A DNA stretch of 64,000 nucleotides, taken from Auanema rhodensis (lineage: Eukaryota > Animalia > Nematoda). Both the position numbers and the translations under genes were made by a program. Where the stretch lies: contig OZ059896.1 of NCBI GenBank assembly GCA_964057225.1, positions 6,572,001-6,636,000 of the forward strand, in the 5' to 3' direction. The notes beneath the pieces were generated by a model. It was given only the letters and a program-made list of their open reading frames with translations, was not told the origin of the DNA and did no database searches. Shown here piece after piece: positions 24,300-38,782 of the stretch (positions are counted from its first letter, which is position 1; every line of letters starts with the position of its first letter).

Positions 24300-27200
24300 C
24301 TATCGTGACACCGGCAGTACAGTATTAGCTCGAGTAGATCGAATACGGGCTCTTGCTTCATTAAGTTCATGCATTTGCCTATCTCGTAACTGCATCAATT
24401 GTATTCGATGTCTAGAATAAATTGAACAAAGATATTTTAAAAAATATATATCAACCCTCACCTTCTTAAAAGCTCTTGAATTTCGGGATCTTCGTAGTCT
24501 TCTTCATCAGCCTGAAAAAATAAGTTATGAAACAGTGAATATCTAAGTGGTCTATTAGAAGCAAGGCTAACATATATGACGAATACTTTTCGACTCATAG
24601 TATTATTCCTAATTATAATCATTCATAGTAAACTGGAACAAGAACAGACGGAAACAGCACAAAATAATTTTCATAAAACTACTTTGAATGACTATTATTA
24701 AGCACAAGATTTGCAATCTAATCATTATATCAAATGAGATATTTAAAGCATGCACCAAGCAAACGAAAGTAACCTGTTCTAATTCAGAATCCGAAGAATC
24801 CACTGGACTAAATGGAGGAGGAGTTCCAACATGAAAAGAAGCAGCACCACTCGTGGCAGCAGCAGGCTCTTCACGACTTATAGTTGGCCTTATATGTGTG
24901 CCAAGTGTAGATGAAAGTGCGTTATCCAAGCTACCAAGCGTCGTTACATTTTGACGGTTTTTGCTGTTTCTAGTTAGTTCAGGAGCTGTGTGAGATACGG
25001 CCATGCCATCCGGGTTATTTCCTCCATCCGTGGAACATGACTCATCATCAGCCAAAGACGACGCGGACAAAACTCCGCCAGCCAACGGCTAAGACAGTAA
25101 GCAGGTTAGCGAAATAACTTTAGTGACTATCAACAAAGTGGCAGAAACTAGCTACGACACATATGAACAAAAATGATGCGAAAAAAAACACACGGAAAAC
25201 TTACATGGTGACTTGATTCTGATGGAACATGGGGTGGAGTACATCGTCCATGCTCTGGCATGAAAGGTGTTGGCTCTCTTGGTTCGGTATTGATTACCTA
25301 AGTGAAAACTTAGCTTAAAATGGAACGTCAGGAACTTACCTTCTGCAAGGCCTGAGCTAGTCCATTCAATGTATCTACATGTATATCTTCTTGCATTGCT
25401 GGAACAGGAGCAGATGCAGGAATCGTGGCCGAGCTCGCAGTGGATTGAGAAGCCGGAGGATCATTTTCTTCATTTCTCTGTAAGCTTAGAGCAGCTAACT
25501 TCTCAGATAAACCTTAAATGTTGAAATAACAATAATTTGAAAACAAGTCACAGAAATTACGCACCAGCTAAATTGGTAGTATTATCAACTAAATGTCCTG
25601 GCGTGTGGGGCAAACTAGCCGCAGTATGTACATTGTGATGCACATTTGTTGTCTAAAGAAATTAATTAATTAATTAAGAGAGTATAATTCATACCATAAT
25701 AGAACTGTGAACATGAGGAATACCAGTTGATGAATGCAGAGATTGCGACATGGTCTCAGTAGTATTTGGCAAATGTTGGGAACTGTTTGAAACAGTTGGC
25801 ACTCCGCTTACCTAGAAACAAATAAATAAAACCATCATAGATACAACATTACCTTTTGAAGATGGCTTTCCAGTTTTTGTAGTGAACTATCCATAGAAAC
25901 AGTGGGAATATTATTAGATTCTACGGAAACCCCTGGATTGGCTTGGGTTAAGGCAGTTTGCTGAAATGAATAGACTTTTTACGTAAATATAATATTAAAA
26001 TACCCTTTGATTTTGTTGCAAAGCAACAGGAGTATGAATAGAAGATACTAAACTAGTGATACTACCATCTGTATGCGTTGAATTGGATGAAGAGAAGCCA
26101 GACTCGGCAGAGGGAGTAGGAGCAAGACTAGATTGCGGTACAGCTTGAACCTACAATTATATAGTTCTATAACTGAAACACAGTAGAGAACAAACCTTAA
26201 ATCTACTCCCAGTGCTAGCATTACTTGTTACAGATGATGTATTCGAATGAGCAGTTGTACTTGGAGACGATCCAGCGGATAAAACGGTGCTCGGAACCGA
26301 GAGCTGTTGTACTGTGCTTGACTCGGTTGATGCAACTAAACCAATTGAAACAGATGGAGGAGCAGGTGAAGGCGTAACAGATGCAACAGTAGATGGAGTA
26401 ACCTACATTAGAAAATAAAATAAGTTACAAGTGAAATACAAAGTGTTACTTGAAAACGTGAAGGCTTAGCTGTAGGTGCGGGTGTTGAGGAAGACAAAGT
26501 TTGTGCTGAAGTTGACTGAGTTATAGATGGCGTAGGAACATCAACTGATGAAGAAGGATCTGTGAAATGATTAGAAGGCAAGCTAGCGATAGTTGCCTGG
26601 AATTTTAAAAAATATCAATTTCATAAGATAATTAGTGTACCGTCGAGTTAGTTCGCTGTACTGTAGACGATTGAACGTGAGCATTTTGGTCTTGAATAGA
26701 TGGGGCTTGACTAGGTGAAGGGGCAGGATGTGGGCTTGAAAGTGGAGCAGGCTGAGAAGGCTGAGAAGCTGGTTGTTGTGATTCAACCGACTTTTGGGAA
26801 GAATTTGGCGTAATCTGGTTTGGCACGTTGATAGTTGTAGCAATAGCTTGAGAAGAATGAGGCTGTTGCTGAGAACTCTGAAAATTGTAGAAAATATAAT
26901 GGCTGCTATTCTCAAATTAACGGACTGATTGTGGAGGCATAGATGAAGTAGCAGGATTCGTTGTCGATTGAGTAGTTTGAGTTTCCACAACTGTAGTGAG
27001 CTTTGAACCGACTCCTCTGTTTGGCGCTGTATTAACCAACTGAAAGGTTAAGCAAATAAATGCTAAATATAGTAAAACCAGACATACCCTTATTACTTCT
27101 TCTAGTTGTTCTTCTACAATAGCTACATGATGTTGAGCTAAACAATTTTCAGCCAACTAAAACATATTGTGTGAAATGTTAAATAAAAATGTATCAAACC

Positions 27201-30200
27201 AATTTCTCAGCAATCACAGAAGGCTTATCGGAATCAGGAGCAAATTGAAATGTTACTGTTTTATACGCGGTATCTAATTTGCATGACACCAGCTAAAACA
27301 TTCAGAATAGAGAAGAATAACAAAAATATATCTTACCGGTTGATCTTTCGTCTCATCTACTTTTAAAATTTCAATAATAATTTTCCTCTTGGCTTTCCTC
27401 TTCTCTTCATGAACATGAGAGTTGTCAGTGTGTTCTTCGCCATTATTGCTCTGAAAAGAGTAAACTAATAAGAATTCAAAAATTCAAAGTTCATACTTGG
27501 TGTTCACCATCTGCAGCAGCGACAGCAGCGGCAGCTGCGTTCTGTTGTAGTTGAATAGCGTTCTGAAAATAAATAAGGTTAAAAACTTTCAAGAAAAATG
27601 CACATACCTGCTGCTCTATTCTTTCCTTCTCCTTTGCTCTCGCTTTCAGTTCTTCTTTGATCTCTTGTTCTTCTCGTTGCCTTTCTTCTTCTTCTTGCTG
27701 TCGCTTAATTTCGGCTATTCGGAAGTCCCTATCACGTTTAAAACCTTCAACCTAAAAATATATTTTAGTAATGTTACAATATCCTATGTAACATACCTTA
27801 TCTTTAATTAATTTGGTAATCATTTTAGTATCCTCTTCAGGTATATGCTGTTGCTCAACCATCTGCTGTACTACTTCTTCCGCTTTATCGTTTTCGATAT
27901 CAAAAGCGAACTGAAGACCTTCATTTTCTTTAAAACGATATTGCTTCCGTTTCTTTTCATCGAAAACGCGAAGTTGCATTTGAATCTGAAAAATATATTA
28001 CTGAATCTGCACATAGAACGAATCAAACCTCTAAATTTAACTCTGCCAAATGTACATCCCTATTCATAATCTCTACACGAATTCCTATCAGTTCTTCAGG
28101 AGTAAAAAAATCATCAGCTAACAATTGTTTTACAGTGCTTCTTTCTTCCCTTCGGACCCTGAATTAAAAAAATATGAATCCAATTCAAAGGTTCACAGCC
28201 TTACCTAATACATCGATCTATAATTTCTCGTATTTCTGGATACTGTTGAGGAATACGATTAAAGCATTCTGGTTTCATACCCTATATGTTAACAGTGAAA
28301 TTTCAATCAAAACTTTTTTTTTACCGTTGTGACCTTACGATAGATTTGAGCTGGAAACTGACATTCCGTGTAAGGATATTCCCCTGTTACCATTTCTAAA
28401 AGACACATTCCAAATGCATATACATCCACAGATTCATCATACATCTCATCATACATTTCGGGAGCCATAAACTCAGGTGTACCTGGAAATATATTTTCGA
28501 TCAACTAAATGATATTAATGCGTTTTTTCAGGATTTCAGAGCAATTCCAGATGAGAATAAATCCGAAAGTCTGAGTATCGTGCGACAGTTGCGACCATTT
28601 AGTTTTGAGTGTTTGGTCAGGCGGATAGCACATGATTCACAGCTGATAGAGTTCATAGGAGACTCTCATCAGTGTACAATAAAATGAGACTCATGCATAC
28701 GCATTTGAGACGGATAATAAACGCTCCTATGACACGAGACTCATTTTTTTTCCAAAATAAATATTAAGGAAAAACATACCTATCACACTTTTCGCATATG
28801 ACTTGTTCTTTAATGTTGCTAAACCCAGATCTCCAATTTTAACACTACCAGTAGTACCAGTAATGAAAATATTATCACATTTTAGATCACGATGAATTAC
28901 GGGAGGATTTCGTGAATGGAGAAAAGATAATCCTTTAAGAATTTGTCGACACCATGATTTCAAAACCTAAGGTTATTGCAATTAAACATGTATTGTCAAA
29001 TAATGCAAAACCTTAATATTAATCCGTTTGAAACGTTTCAAATACATCTTCAAAGTTCCAGAAGTCATGAGTTCAGTGACAAGTACAATATACCTTAGAA
29101 ATGCCTACTTTACCCTCATTAAATAAATAACAAACTTTCTCTTTCCCAGTGGATCCGAACGCTCCCAATAATCATAAAACCTCACAATATTTGGATGTTG
29201 TAATCCTTTAAGCATCTCCGCTTCATCACGAAAACGCTGGCGCTCAGTCTAATAGAGACAATATTAAAAAAAATATATGTAAACTAAATGTACCTTATTC
29301 AGTTTACTATCCTGTAGCTCACACCAAGCCACCGCAACACCCGTTTCTGTATCTAAACCTCTATACACAGTTTTGAAAGAACCTCGACCAAGCTCTTCAT
29401 CGAATTTCAAGAACCGTCCATCTGAAGAGACATATAATTCATTTAGTTACAGAAAAATCAAACCTTGGCTTTTATCAATAGGCTTTTCTTGCGAATCATA
29501 ATCATCTAACTCAATTGCATCTTTAGCCTTCTGCTCTTCTTCTCTGATTTCAGCCTCTTTCCGTTCCTATATTGAAAAAAATGTAATGCACTCGTCAATA
29601 TTCCACAAAACCTTTTCCTCTCTCTTTAGTTCTTCCTCCTGTTTCACTGGTTCGGGTTCAGGCACGGCATTTTGCTTCTCCGGTGTACCAGATGTTACAG
29701 ATGGGGATTTGACGGTAATCCTGGAAAAAGAAAAAAAAAGTTTTTAAAAGTTTTATAAAAGAAAACATTGAGAAGTATAATAATGAAATACCTTTTTCTT
29801 TCAAATATTCCTGTACCAGGCGTTGCTTCAACTGTGCAAATTTTCTCGGATCCATCAATGGTGGTCAATGGCTGCGGATCTTTAGGTGAAGCAAGCGAAT
29901 TTAAATCGTTGGGATCCCGTTTTCGTATCCAAGGCTGAATATGATACAAATGATGAAGCAAAATAACATCTAGATCATACTCTTTGATTCGGCCTACTTT
30001 GCCTCCAATCCCGTTGTACAGCTTCTAAACGAGATCGTTCTTCGCCAGAAAGCCAGTGTGTTCCCATTCTGAAAAAAACCATGTTACTCTCAAACAAAGC
30101 TTAAAATTATAAGTAGAAAACTTACCTTAAACCAACTTGCACACTAACATCATTAAAAAAAATTAAATTTATTTGAAAACGCGACAAACATGGTTCTCGT

Positions 30201-30622
30201 ACACTATCATCAAACAGTCATACTTCCCACCGATTTGCCCAGCATTGGAATTTCAAATCAGTCGTAATGCGATCATGAGGAACAACGAACAAAGCCGACA
30301 GGAGGAGTGGACATCGAAATCAAAATAACATAAGTCCATTCCCCCCTAATACGGTCATTATGACTGATTTAACGACTTCATTTACTTTGATAACAACAAA
30401 ATAGATGCAAAAACACTTACAAACTAGCATCAGCCGGAGGGTGAAGCTCATCAACTCTTTTCATTATTTTCCTTTTGTTCCCAGCCACTGGTGTGTCTGG
30501 CTTTTTAGAAGCCGTAGCAACGGGAGGTGGTGGAGGAGCAATAGGTACCTAAGATAAGAACTAAGAAATAAAATTTTAAAAAAGTTTACCTTATTGCCAT
30601 TTATGCTGATGGTATCGGGCAT
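24300..30622 (-). CDS. wnk-1: WNK serine/threonine kinase
   Basis: GRGSFKTVY (catalytic Lys in the Gly loop), [43 protein letters not shown], autoinhibitory domain ([10 protein letters not shown]), RFxV motifs and a C-terminal coiled coil. Confidence 0.96.
28531..28747 (-). ncRNA. Candidate structured intronic RNA element in wnk-1 (several hairpins plus a loop-stem complementarity)
   Basis: Inverted repeats at 28681-28747, 28643-28672, about 28577-28635 and 28531-28564, inside a 296-nt intron where about 45 nt is typical. Confidence 0.5.
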
Positions 30623-32402
30623 TGTTAATTTTGAAAATGTAATAATAAATACTTTAAATTATTAAAAACCAATCAATATGATTTATGCTGTGTGCTTTCT
30701 TATTGAATAGTGTGTGCACCTCGTACTGAACATTATACCATAAACGATCTACAGCATATCATGGCTTCTAAAATACCTAAAATCAAATTTGCATAAGAAA
30801 TAAACGAATGATTATGAAGAAAGAACAAAGAAAAAATGTAAGCACGTTAGACTTTTAAAAAATGAAAACTCTTATTCTAACTAAGAAACCTTATATCCCT
30901 GGATATGAAAGTTACTGATAACAATCAAATAAATATATTTTTATATAGAAACAAATTTTCAGTGAGGCCCCGCGCAAAACAATAATGCGATTATGCGTCA
31001 TCAACAAAACTTCAAGGCCACCTACTCATACAGAAACGTTCGCCGACATCAACTCTTACATGACGACCTGTGCTAGCTGTAAGCTTAATAAATTACCGAA
31101 GTTGGAAATTATTTAAAACTTTAAAAGAAGCAGAGAACTTCCGGATACACCGAAATCTTTTAAACCGGGGTGCGGTTGACGAGCCGCCAGGCAGAGTCCT
31201 CTGCGTCTCTGTACAGGCTTTCTCTAAACTCTATGTCAATACTCTACTGTCTCGCTTATGTGCAGCAGCGTTTTTCTCGGGACTCTTTCTCAGCCTGATC
31301 AATGCCCGTTTTTTAGCCGGCCAAGCACTTCTTTGATTAGCCAGAATGGGTTTTGAAATGTTAGAAAAAGACAACGGAATGTCCATTCGAGAGCTGGGAC
31401 AGGCCAAAATTGTTTCAAGCTATGCACTACATATTGAGTTCAGTCTTCAAATATGGAGAATTTTCTTGTAGAGTCGCTAAAAATACCGAGCTAACGCTCT
31501 CTTGGTATTACTTAATGACGCTGTTCATATATATATATATATATATATATGTCTGTGTGTATATTCCTGTCTTTTACGTGTCAGTCGTCGTTTACAAAAA
31601 AATCAGTGGAAATTTTTATAAAAAAAGGCTGAATGAATAAAATAGTGTATGCATGTGCTGCGTTGGTTTGTGGCAAAATGGCAGATGAGCAACGTTTCTA
31701 TTAAAATATTGTCAAGTTCTGGGAAACATTTTATGATAAAATGGTAGGTGATATAAAAATTCCTGAAAATGATAGATCGATTGTCCTTATTCGAAAGATC
31801 TTTTTAGAGTTTTTTTCCAAAAAGAGATGAATGTAATAATCGGAAGATTACGGTACTCTATAACAAAGAATTTTGGGTTGAATTTGGAAGATAATTAATA
31901 TTGCAAAGAACTGAATCTTCAAACTATTAAGTGAATCAAAAATAAAGTTATATCTTTCATAGTCACCGCTCTGTTATTATTATTATTATTACAACAAAAA
32001 AAAGATGTTCTTGTCTCTCTCGTCTTGGATAACAAAAGTTTATGAACTTATTTCATATGGGAGTATCTGTCCATCTTTTTATTATTCTTTTTCTCTAACA
32101 TCTCTTACTTCATCTTATGCTTTTCTTCTCTCTCGATCTTTCTATTATTATTCTCTATCTTGAATCCTATGCCATCTCTTTGCCTTATCTATTCAGTAGG
32201 TAGGTTGACTATCTAGAATAAACGGTTTAATACGATACATTCTTTTTCTATCTTATTTACTTCTTTTTACCAATTTTATCTTTTTTTTATAATTTTCAAC
32301 TGTTTGAATTTTCAAATATCTTTTATCATTTTGTCAACAATATCGATTATTTTCCATGTATTTCAATAAATTGAATTTACTTAGGTTCAACCAAAATTAA
32401 GG

Positions 32403-34299
32403 ATGTCAATGCTCCGAGATAATAAAGAGCTGCTGGGGGTGATCGGAGCATCGATAGTTACCTATAATGTAGCTTTTAGCTTTATTCAATTTTTTTCAAA
32501 ATAAAGCTGTTTTATAATTCATATTTTCAATACATTTTTGATATTTTCAGGCTATACTTTATCTTCGAAAAATTTTGAAGAGAAAGTCAACTCAATTTGT
32601 TCCTATTGGAGTTATTAGCGAGTTGTACATCTATCCAGTTAAATCATGCAAAGGAAAAAGTGTTAGAATAGGCCAATACTCGTAGGAATTAAAAATGAAT
32701 TCTTGAAGGTTTTCTCGCTTTATTGCGGTCCTAAAGGAGTTCAACAAGGAGAGAATAAAGACCGATATTTCCAAGTTATTGATGGAGAAAGCGGAAAGTA
32801 AGTAATATATGCATTTCTTAACATAAGTTTGAGAAGATTTATATATCAGAAAGAAGAAACATATGTAGATAAATAGAAAATATATGAAACAATTATTTTA
32901 AGGTTCTATACTGCCAGACAAAAGCCGTCTATGGTAATGGTTGAGGCTAATGTACGAAAAGAAAAGTTATATGTGAAATTTCCTAATGGAAAAGAAGTTG
33001 TAGTAGATTTAGAAGCCGTCAGAAATCGTCGTGATGTCCGACAGACCACGTGAGTCGATTTTCGTTGTCTACCATTTTTAGACTTATCGTACTATTTTGA
33101 CAATTGACGAATATATAACTATCATGTGCTCTTCGTAATGTATAGAGAGAGGAAAATGTATTGAAAAAAAAATCTAGTTCCACAGGAAAATTGGGGCGGG
33201 TAATTGATGGGTGGTGGGTGTTGGGTGTTGGAGGTGAAGAAGGATACGAGACTCATTACGTAAATACTTGACAAACCACTGCCGGTTTAGCAATTGATAT
33301 TGATGAAAAAAATAAATATGTTGTCATGATTAAACCTTTACAGGTCAGGAATTCAATATTGACGTAGCTTTTGATTTGATTATGTTTAATAGACTGTTTG
33401 TCAATTAATATTTTTTTCTAGTTTGCATTGCCAACTTCGAACAGATGGTTTGGATTGTGGCGATGAAATTTCTCAAGTTTTTTCGGAATACTTAGGAGAG
33501 AAGAGTAGTTATACCTGTTTAATAGGAAAACATGAACTTTAATATTAGATGTTCGATTGGTATTCTATACAGATGATCTGTTTACTGAAAGAACATGTGT
33601 TACCCAACAAAATTGGTGGATGAATAATCCAGTACCTAAGCGGACAGATGATGTATTTGAAAATTGAGAAATTGAGGAAAAGACAAGTTTTCAGGTTGCT
33701 TATTCGGATCTTGCACCTTATATGATTCAAACAGAAGGATCATTAAAAGAACTTCGCTCTCTAATACCAGACAAAGATGTTAGTTGTAATTTTCCAATTT
33801 TTAAATTAGTTTTGTATGAAAAAAGGTGACTCAATTGCACTTCCGCCCAGTCATTGTTATTGATAAGTGTGATGCTTGGGATGAAGATAAGTGGTTAGAT
33901 CTTCGTTTTGGGGATGTAGAGCTTCAATGCTTCAAGCCATGCACAAGGTTATTATTTGTATTTAAATTGAAGAAAAAAAGATTATATAGATGCATTCTTA
34001 CCACAGTTGATCCAAAAACTGGACAAAAAGATCCTGATATGCAACCATTGAAGAAATTACGAGAGTAAGATCTTATCGATAGTTTTGTCATGATCATTTG
34101 ATATTTGAAGGTTTCGTCTGGCTCCAGAAGGACCCATGAGAGAAGAATTCAAAGAAAGCCCCATTTTTGGTGTTAATGCTGGACTAGTTAAGCCTGTATG
34201 TTTCTAAAACGTTTCTGAATATCTACTTTGAAATAATTTCAGGGATATATCCATGTTGGACAAGTTGTTTATGCTCGTTATAAAGATGCTCATTATTAA
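32403..34299 (+). CDS. MOSC-domain molybdoenzyme (mARC-like)
   Basis: LYIYPVKSCKG, DRYF, DCGDE, FRPVIVI, WDEDKW, KPCTRCILTTVDP and PIFGVN motifs; N-terminal membrane anchor. Confidence 0.92.
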
Positions 34300-34403
34300 A
34301 TATTCTATATATCTTTCAAAACAGATATTAATGTCATAAAAATATTTTTTCTTCTATCATTTACTGTAATAAAATTTAAGTTTTCACAAATACGTTCAAC
34401 TAA

Positions 34404-36479
34404 TTAGTCTGAATGCTTATACATAATACTCGTTTCCACCGGTTTTCTTGGTAATGGCTCTACTTTCACTTTTCCACAACAGAATAGAAGAGGCACAGCT
34501 CGTCTGAAAACATTTGAAGATTAAAAAACACGAAAGTTACACAATTCTCAAATCAAAGATTTGCAAATCACTGCAAATAATTATTAAGCATTTTCTCTCT
34601 TTCATCTCCTCTGTTCTCTTTTTCTCATGGATAATTAAAAAAGTTGGAAAAAAATACCTATAAGGTGGTAAACATGTCATGGTTAATACTACCAACCATG
34701 TAGGCCTATAGTAAGCAATTAATTCTTTTAAAATTTCAACAGTGATCTGTATTTGTCGCATCCTTTCATCTTCTGTTCTACCCATTACAATAATCCAAAC
34801 AAACGATTCTACTGTAAATATTCGCACATAAAAATTCAACGTGGACGACTGATTAAGTTTACCAAAATAAGGGATAAGAGCAGCGTATGGTACAAATAAA
34901 TAGGCAAGAGTCCAGGCTAGTCGGCTTTTTGCATCACGCAATTGCATATCAACAGAAGCCGCATGATCATATGGAAGCCATTTCGTCATCAAATAAAATG
35001 ACTGAAAAATAATGAATAAAATGAAATAAAAAAGAAAAAAAAAGATATAAACTGAACAAACATACATAGCCAACTTGACAATTAAGCATAATGAAAGCAA
35101 CAATGGTAACAATACGTGAAAGGACAGATATAACTTTGATAGCAAATGAAGCTTCACCCTCGATGGCAATCAAAATACAGAGAAAAAAAGGAATAATTTG
35201 AAGAATCAGACAAATCATACTGTAAAATAATTTAATAATTTAATAATGGAGTACTGTATGTTTGCAATATTATTAATAAATATATATTTATAAAACATAC
35301 TTAACCGGAAAAGGAGTAATAGCATCTCCTTTTTTGAAACATAAATGACAGCAATATAATAACATGATTGACATAATTATGCAATTATAATGTATATAAT
35401 CATTCATAACAGCAGAAAGAGTAGGTGTCCACTGTAAAAATATCCTAAAAACATAATAATTTAATAATTTTTTTTAAATTTTTTAACAAGTTTACCTTGT
35501 AAATGCAGCATTTTCTTCTTCAGTTTCAAAAAAAAGTGATCGAAAAACTATGCATTCTCTATAGACATTCAATAATTCACTTGCTGCTATTGGAATAAAA
35601 ATGGAAAATGTAATTGATCTCATAAAATCTTTTGTCATCTGAAAATTAAATTATTACAAAAATATTTTAAATATCTTTATAAATCAAAAATTAAAATTCT
35701 TTTTTCTTTTTACTTTTTTCTTTTTAAATTAAATATTTGTAAACTATTATCAATTATTTTATATATATACAACCATTCTATTACTTAGAAAATTGAAAAT
35801 ATGATTTCACGTAAAAGCTTTACGCATTCTAATTTTGTTCGAAACATTAATATTTCGCGGATTTTTAACTTGAAAAATTTAAAATATTAATTGATTTAGC
35901 TTTTAATATGTTCATAATATACACATATTTGGTATATCTACGATTATATTAACAATTTTTCGTAAATATTCAGAATATAATTTGCCTTAGTTCCAAGTAA
36001 TAAAATGATAACAGCGATCATAACCCGTCCAATTAGAATACCCCAATTGATTAAATTTCCTTTAGTAAAGTAATGCGCTGAAATTGAATTTGTTTCTTAT
36101 ATTTTGAGTCATAATGCTGTTTTACCACAGAAGAATTCGGTGCAAAATGGAGCATATGGCTCATCATCGTAATAATATTCATCATTATCATCTACAGGTA
36201 CTGATGCTTTCTATAAATATTTATTTCTTTAATTATTATTAATTTTTGAAATATAATATTTGAAATTATATAATAAAATAAAAAATATATTTGAATTCAT
36301 ATATGATTGAATAACATTTTCTTTTGGAAAAAAAACGTATTGTTGTTTTACGATCTACAATAACATGGGATACAATTGATGTTAACACGAAAACTTTTGA
36401 AACATTTCAAATGACGATGATGGGAAAATAGTTTTTATAAAAAAAATATAAAAGAAAACGTTACCATAGTTGTATCCAT
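34404..36479 (-). CDS. Nematode multi-pass (7TM-like) membrane protein, paralog A
   Basis: In-frame exons MDTTM|KASVPV...|MTKDFMRSITFSIFIPI...DMQLRDAKSRLAW...PPYRRAVPLLFCCGK...HSD*. The 5' exons require a GC donor at 35985. Confidence 0.7.
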
Positions 36480-37754
36480 CGCTTTGTCTTATCTATAAAG
36501 TTCGTTCAGCTTGCTTGTTTTGCTAATAATATTAAGAGAAGTGATGATGATTTTCAAATAAAACTAGAAGCAATGCTTCGAATGAGCAACCTAAAATATC
36601 AAACTATTCTTTTTTATATAAAAGTAAAAGTGATTATGGTATAGAACATGAACAATTATAATTTAATTTAATTGAAAAAGGATTTTGATCAAATTGATCA
36701 TTTAACACTCATAGAATTCATTCAAACGTTCATGTATTCATGAAATAAAAGTTATAATTCTGGAGGTGGTTCAAGAGTACAGGATATGATTTGAAATAAT
36801 TTTGAGTTCAATTCAGCAAGTTAATACTCAAACTGAAATAGATCACTAAGCTTAAGATTACAAGTAAAACACAAAATACGAAATGAATATTTTGAGATTT
36901 AGTTAATAGAAAATGAATATGAATAGGAAACAAATAAAAAAAAATCTAATTAATTCATACAGACAGACAGACAAACTTATACATACATATATATATTATT
37001 TACAATAAATAAAAATAATTTTATATTTAATGTTTATGAAAATATGAAGATATTTAAGAAATTTCAAAGTAAAAAGTTCCTGAATATGGAAATGATGAGG
37101 ATGATGATGATGATAAGGATCGTCATCAATCATAATGATAACTATAGTATGTATGATTTGAAGTAAAACTTTTCTTTTTTTTTTAAAAAGTGAATTCAAC
37201 GTTATATGTTTTCTATGATACATAATAATATGGGTGATAGTTAAATCGCAGAGATTAACTTGATTACTTTGGTGTCAATTTGTGAAGCAAATTTTCTTTT
37301 TTTTTTTGCTTGAAACTCAGAGAATTTTGCGAGAAAATGAGTAACTACCTATTATTATTTTTTCTTCTCATACTATTCGATATTTGATCAATATTAACCT
37401 TGTTTATTTTCTTGTCCAAATAACAATATACATTGAATTCGGAAAAAATGAAAAGAATTTTTGAATATTAATTGAAAAACAGCAAAGTCAGATGGAATAA
37501 ACTTTTTTGCAACTTAGAACAATAAAGAAACTGATAAACATTATGTCCAAGGAAACAAACATGAGGGACTGTAACTGGTGGGATATGAAACTAACTCAGT
37601 TATGATTTTTTCATCAAAAAAATTGTGCTTGACAACAAAAAAAAAAGAAATAAGAGAACAGGTGGATGAGATTTTAAATGAAATAAATGAAAACTTTTAT
37701 GAAGAAAATGAAAATAAGCAAGTAGAAAAGATGACAAAGAAAGAGAAAAAGATT

Positions 37755-37760
<6 letters not shown>

Positions 37761-37804
<44 letters not shown>
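37761..37804. repeat. (GA)22 microsatellite
   Basis: Perfect GA dinucleotide run. Confidence 0.95.
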
Positions 37805-37809
<5 letters not shown>

Positions 37810-38782
37810 GAAGATCAAGTTAATCAGAGAAGGAAAATGAAATGAAACTGAGATATATGTATATTAGTATCTGATGATTGCATAAACGATATATCTTAAC
37901 AACGAAAATGTAAAAAAATCTTGAACTTCACACTTATATTTCATAGAAAAGGGCGATTAGTATCAATTCACAGACAACCTATATGTATATCTTGGTTGTC
38001 AAGTTGAATACAACTGGAGCAAGCATTCTCATAAGTAGGCGGAATGAATGAAGTTTGATCGTCATTATGCTTTCACTGCAGACGGCATATACAGTATGAT
38101 CTATTGAGTTAAATTAAATAAAAGATGGTATAAGTTATTTTTTTTCTTAAAATGATCTTTATTTAACGATTTCAATAAAATTACAAAGTTTTTTTTTTAA
38201 CTTGAACATAGATTACATACATGGCAGAAAAGGCAGCAACATAGCACACTATATGAAATAGAGACATACATGTACATCTACAAATGCATGTTATAAGAAT
38301 ATTTGTTTTAAGAAAAAGAATAAAAATTGGAGAAAATAAGCATTTTAAGAGGTGAAAAGCATAAAAATCTGAATATTTAAGCTTAAAATGCAGATTTACA
38401 TACCTGAAAATGTTATTTCGACATTAACATTTCAAATATTTCTGATGTTTTCAAGCAATTTTATTTCTTTTTCTTTAAGTTGTTGAGTAAAGTGATAGCA
38501 CCGAAGAAGTAAAAACAAATACTTTCCATGAAAATACTATTGATTATTACAATTAGTAATCTTCAATGGATTTATGTGATCTTGTACGTGAATATCAAAC
38601 CTTAGGTTTTTATAGGATCAGGTGAACAACCTTACAAGGAAATACACGTATGACACGACTTCAAATTGAATCGTTTGAATATAAAATTATGGTTTTTTCG
38701 GTAATTTAATAACAAAATTATGCTTAAAAATCTAGAAAATAAGAATTTTGACTATTGAATGTGTTCAAAAACTAATTTAGGC

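Noticed and set aside
28484-28779. The wnk-1 intronic element as telomerase RNA
   Set aside because: No template complementary to TTAGGC on either strand.
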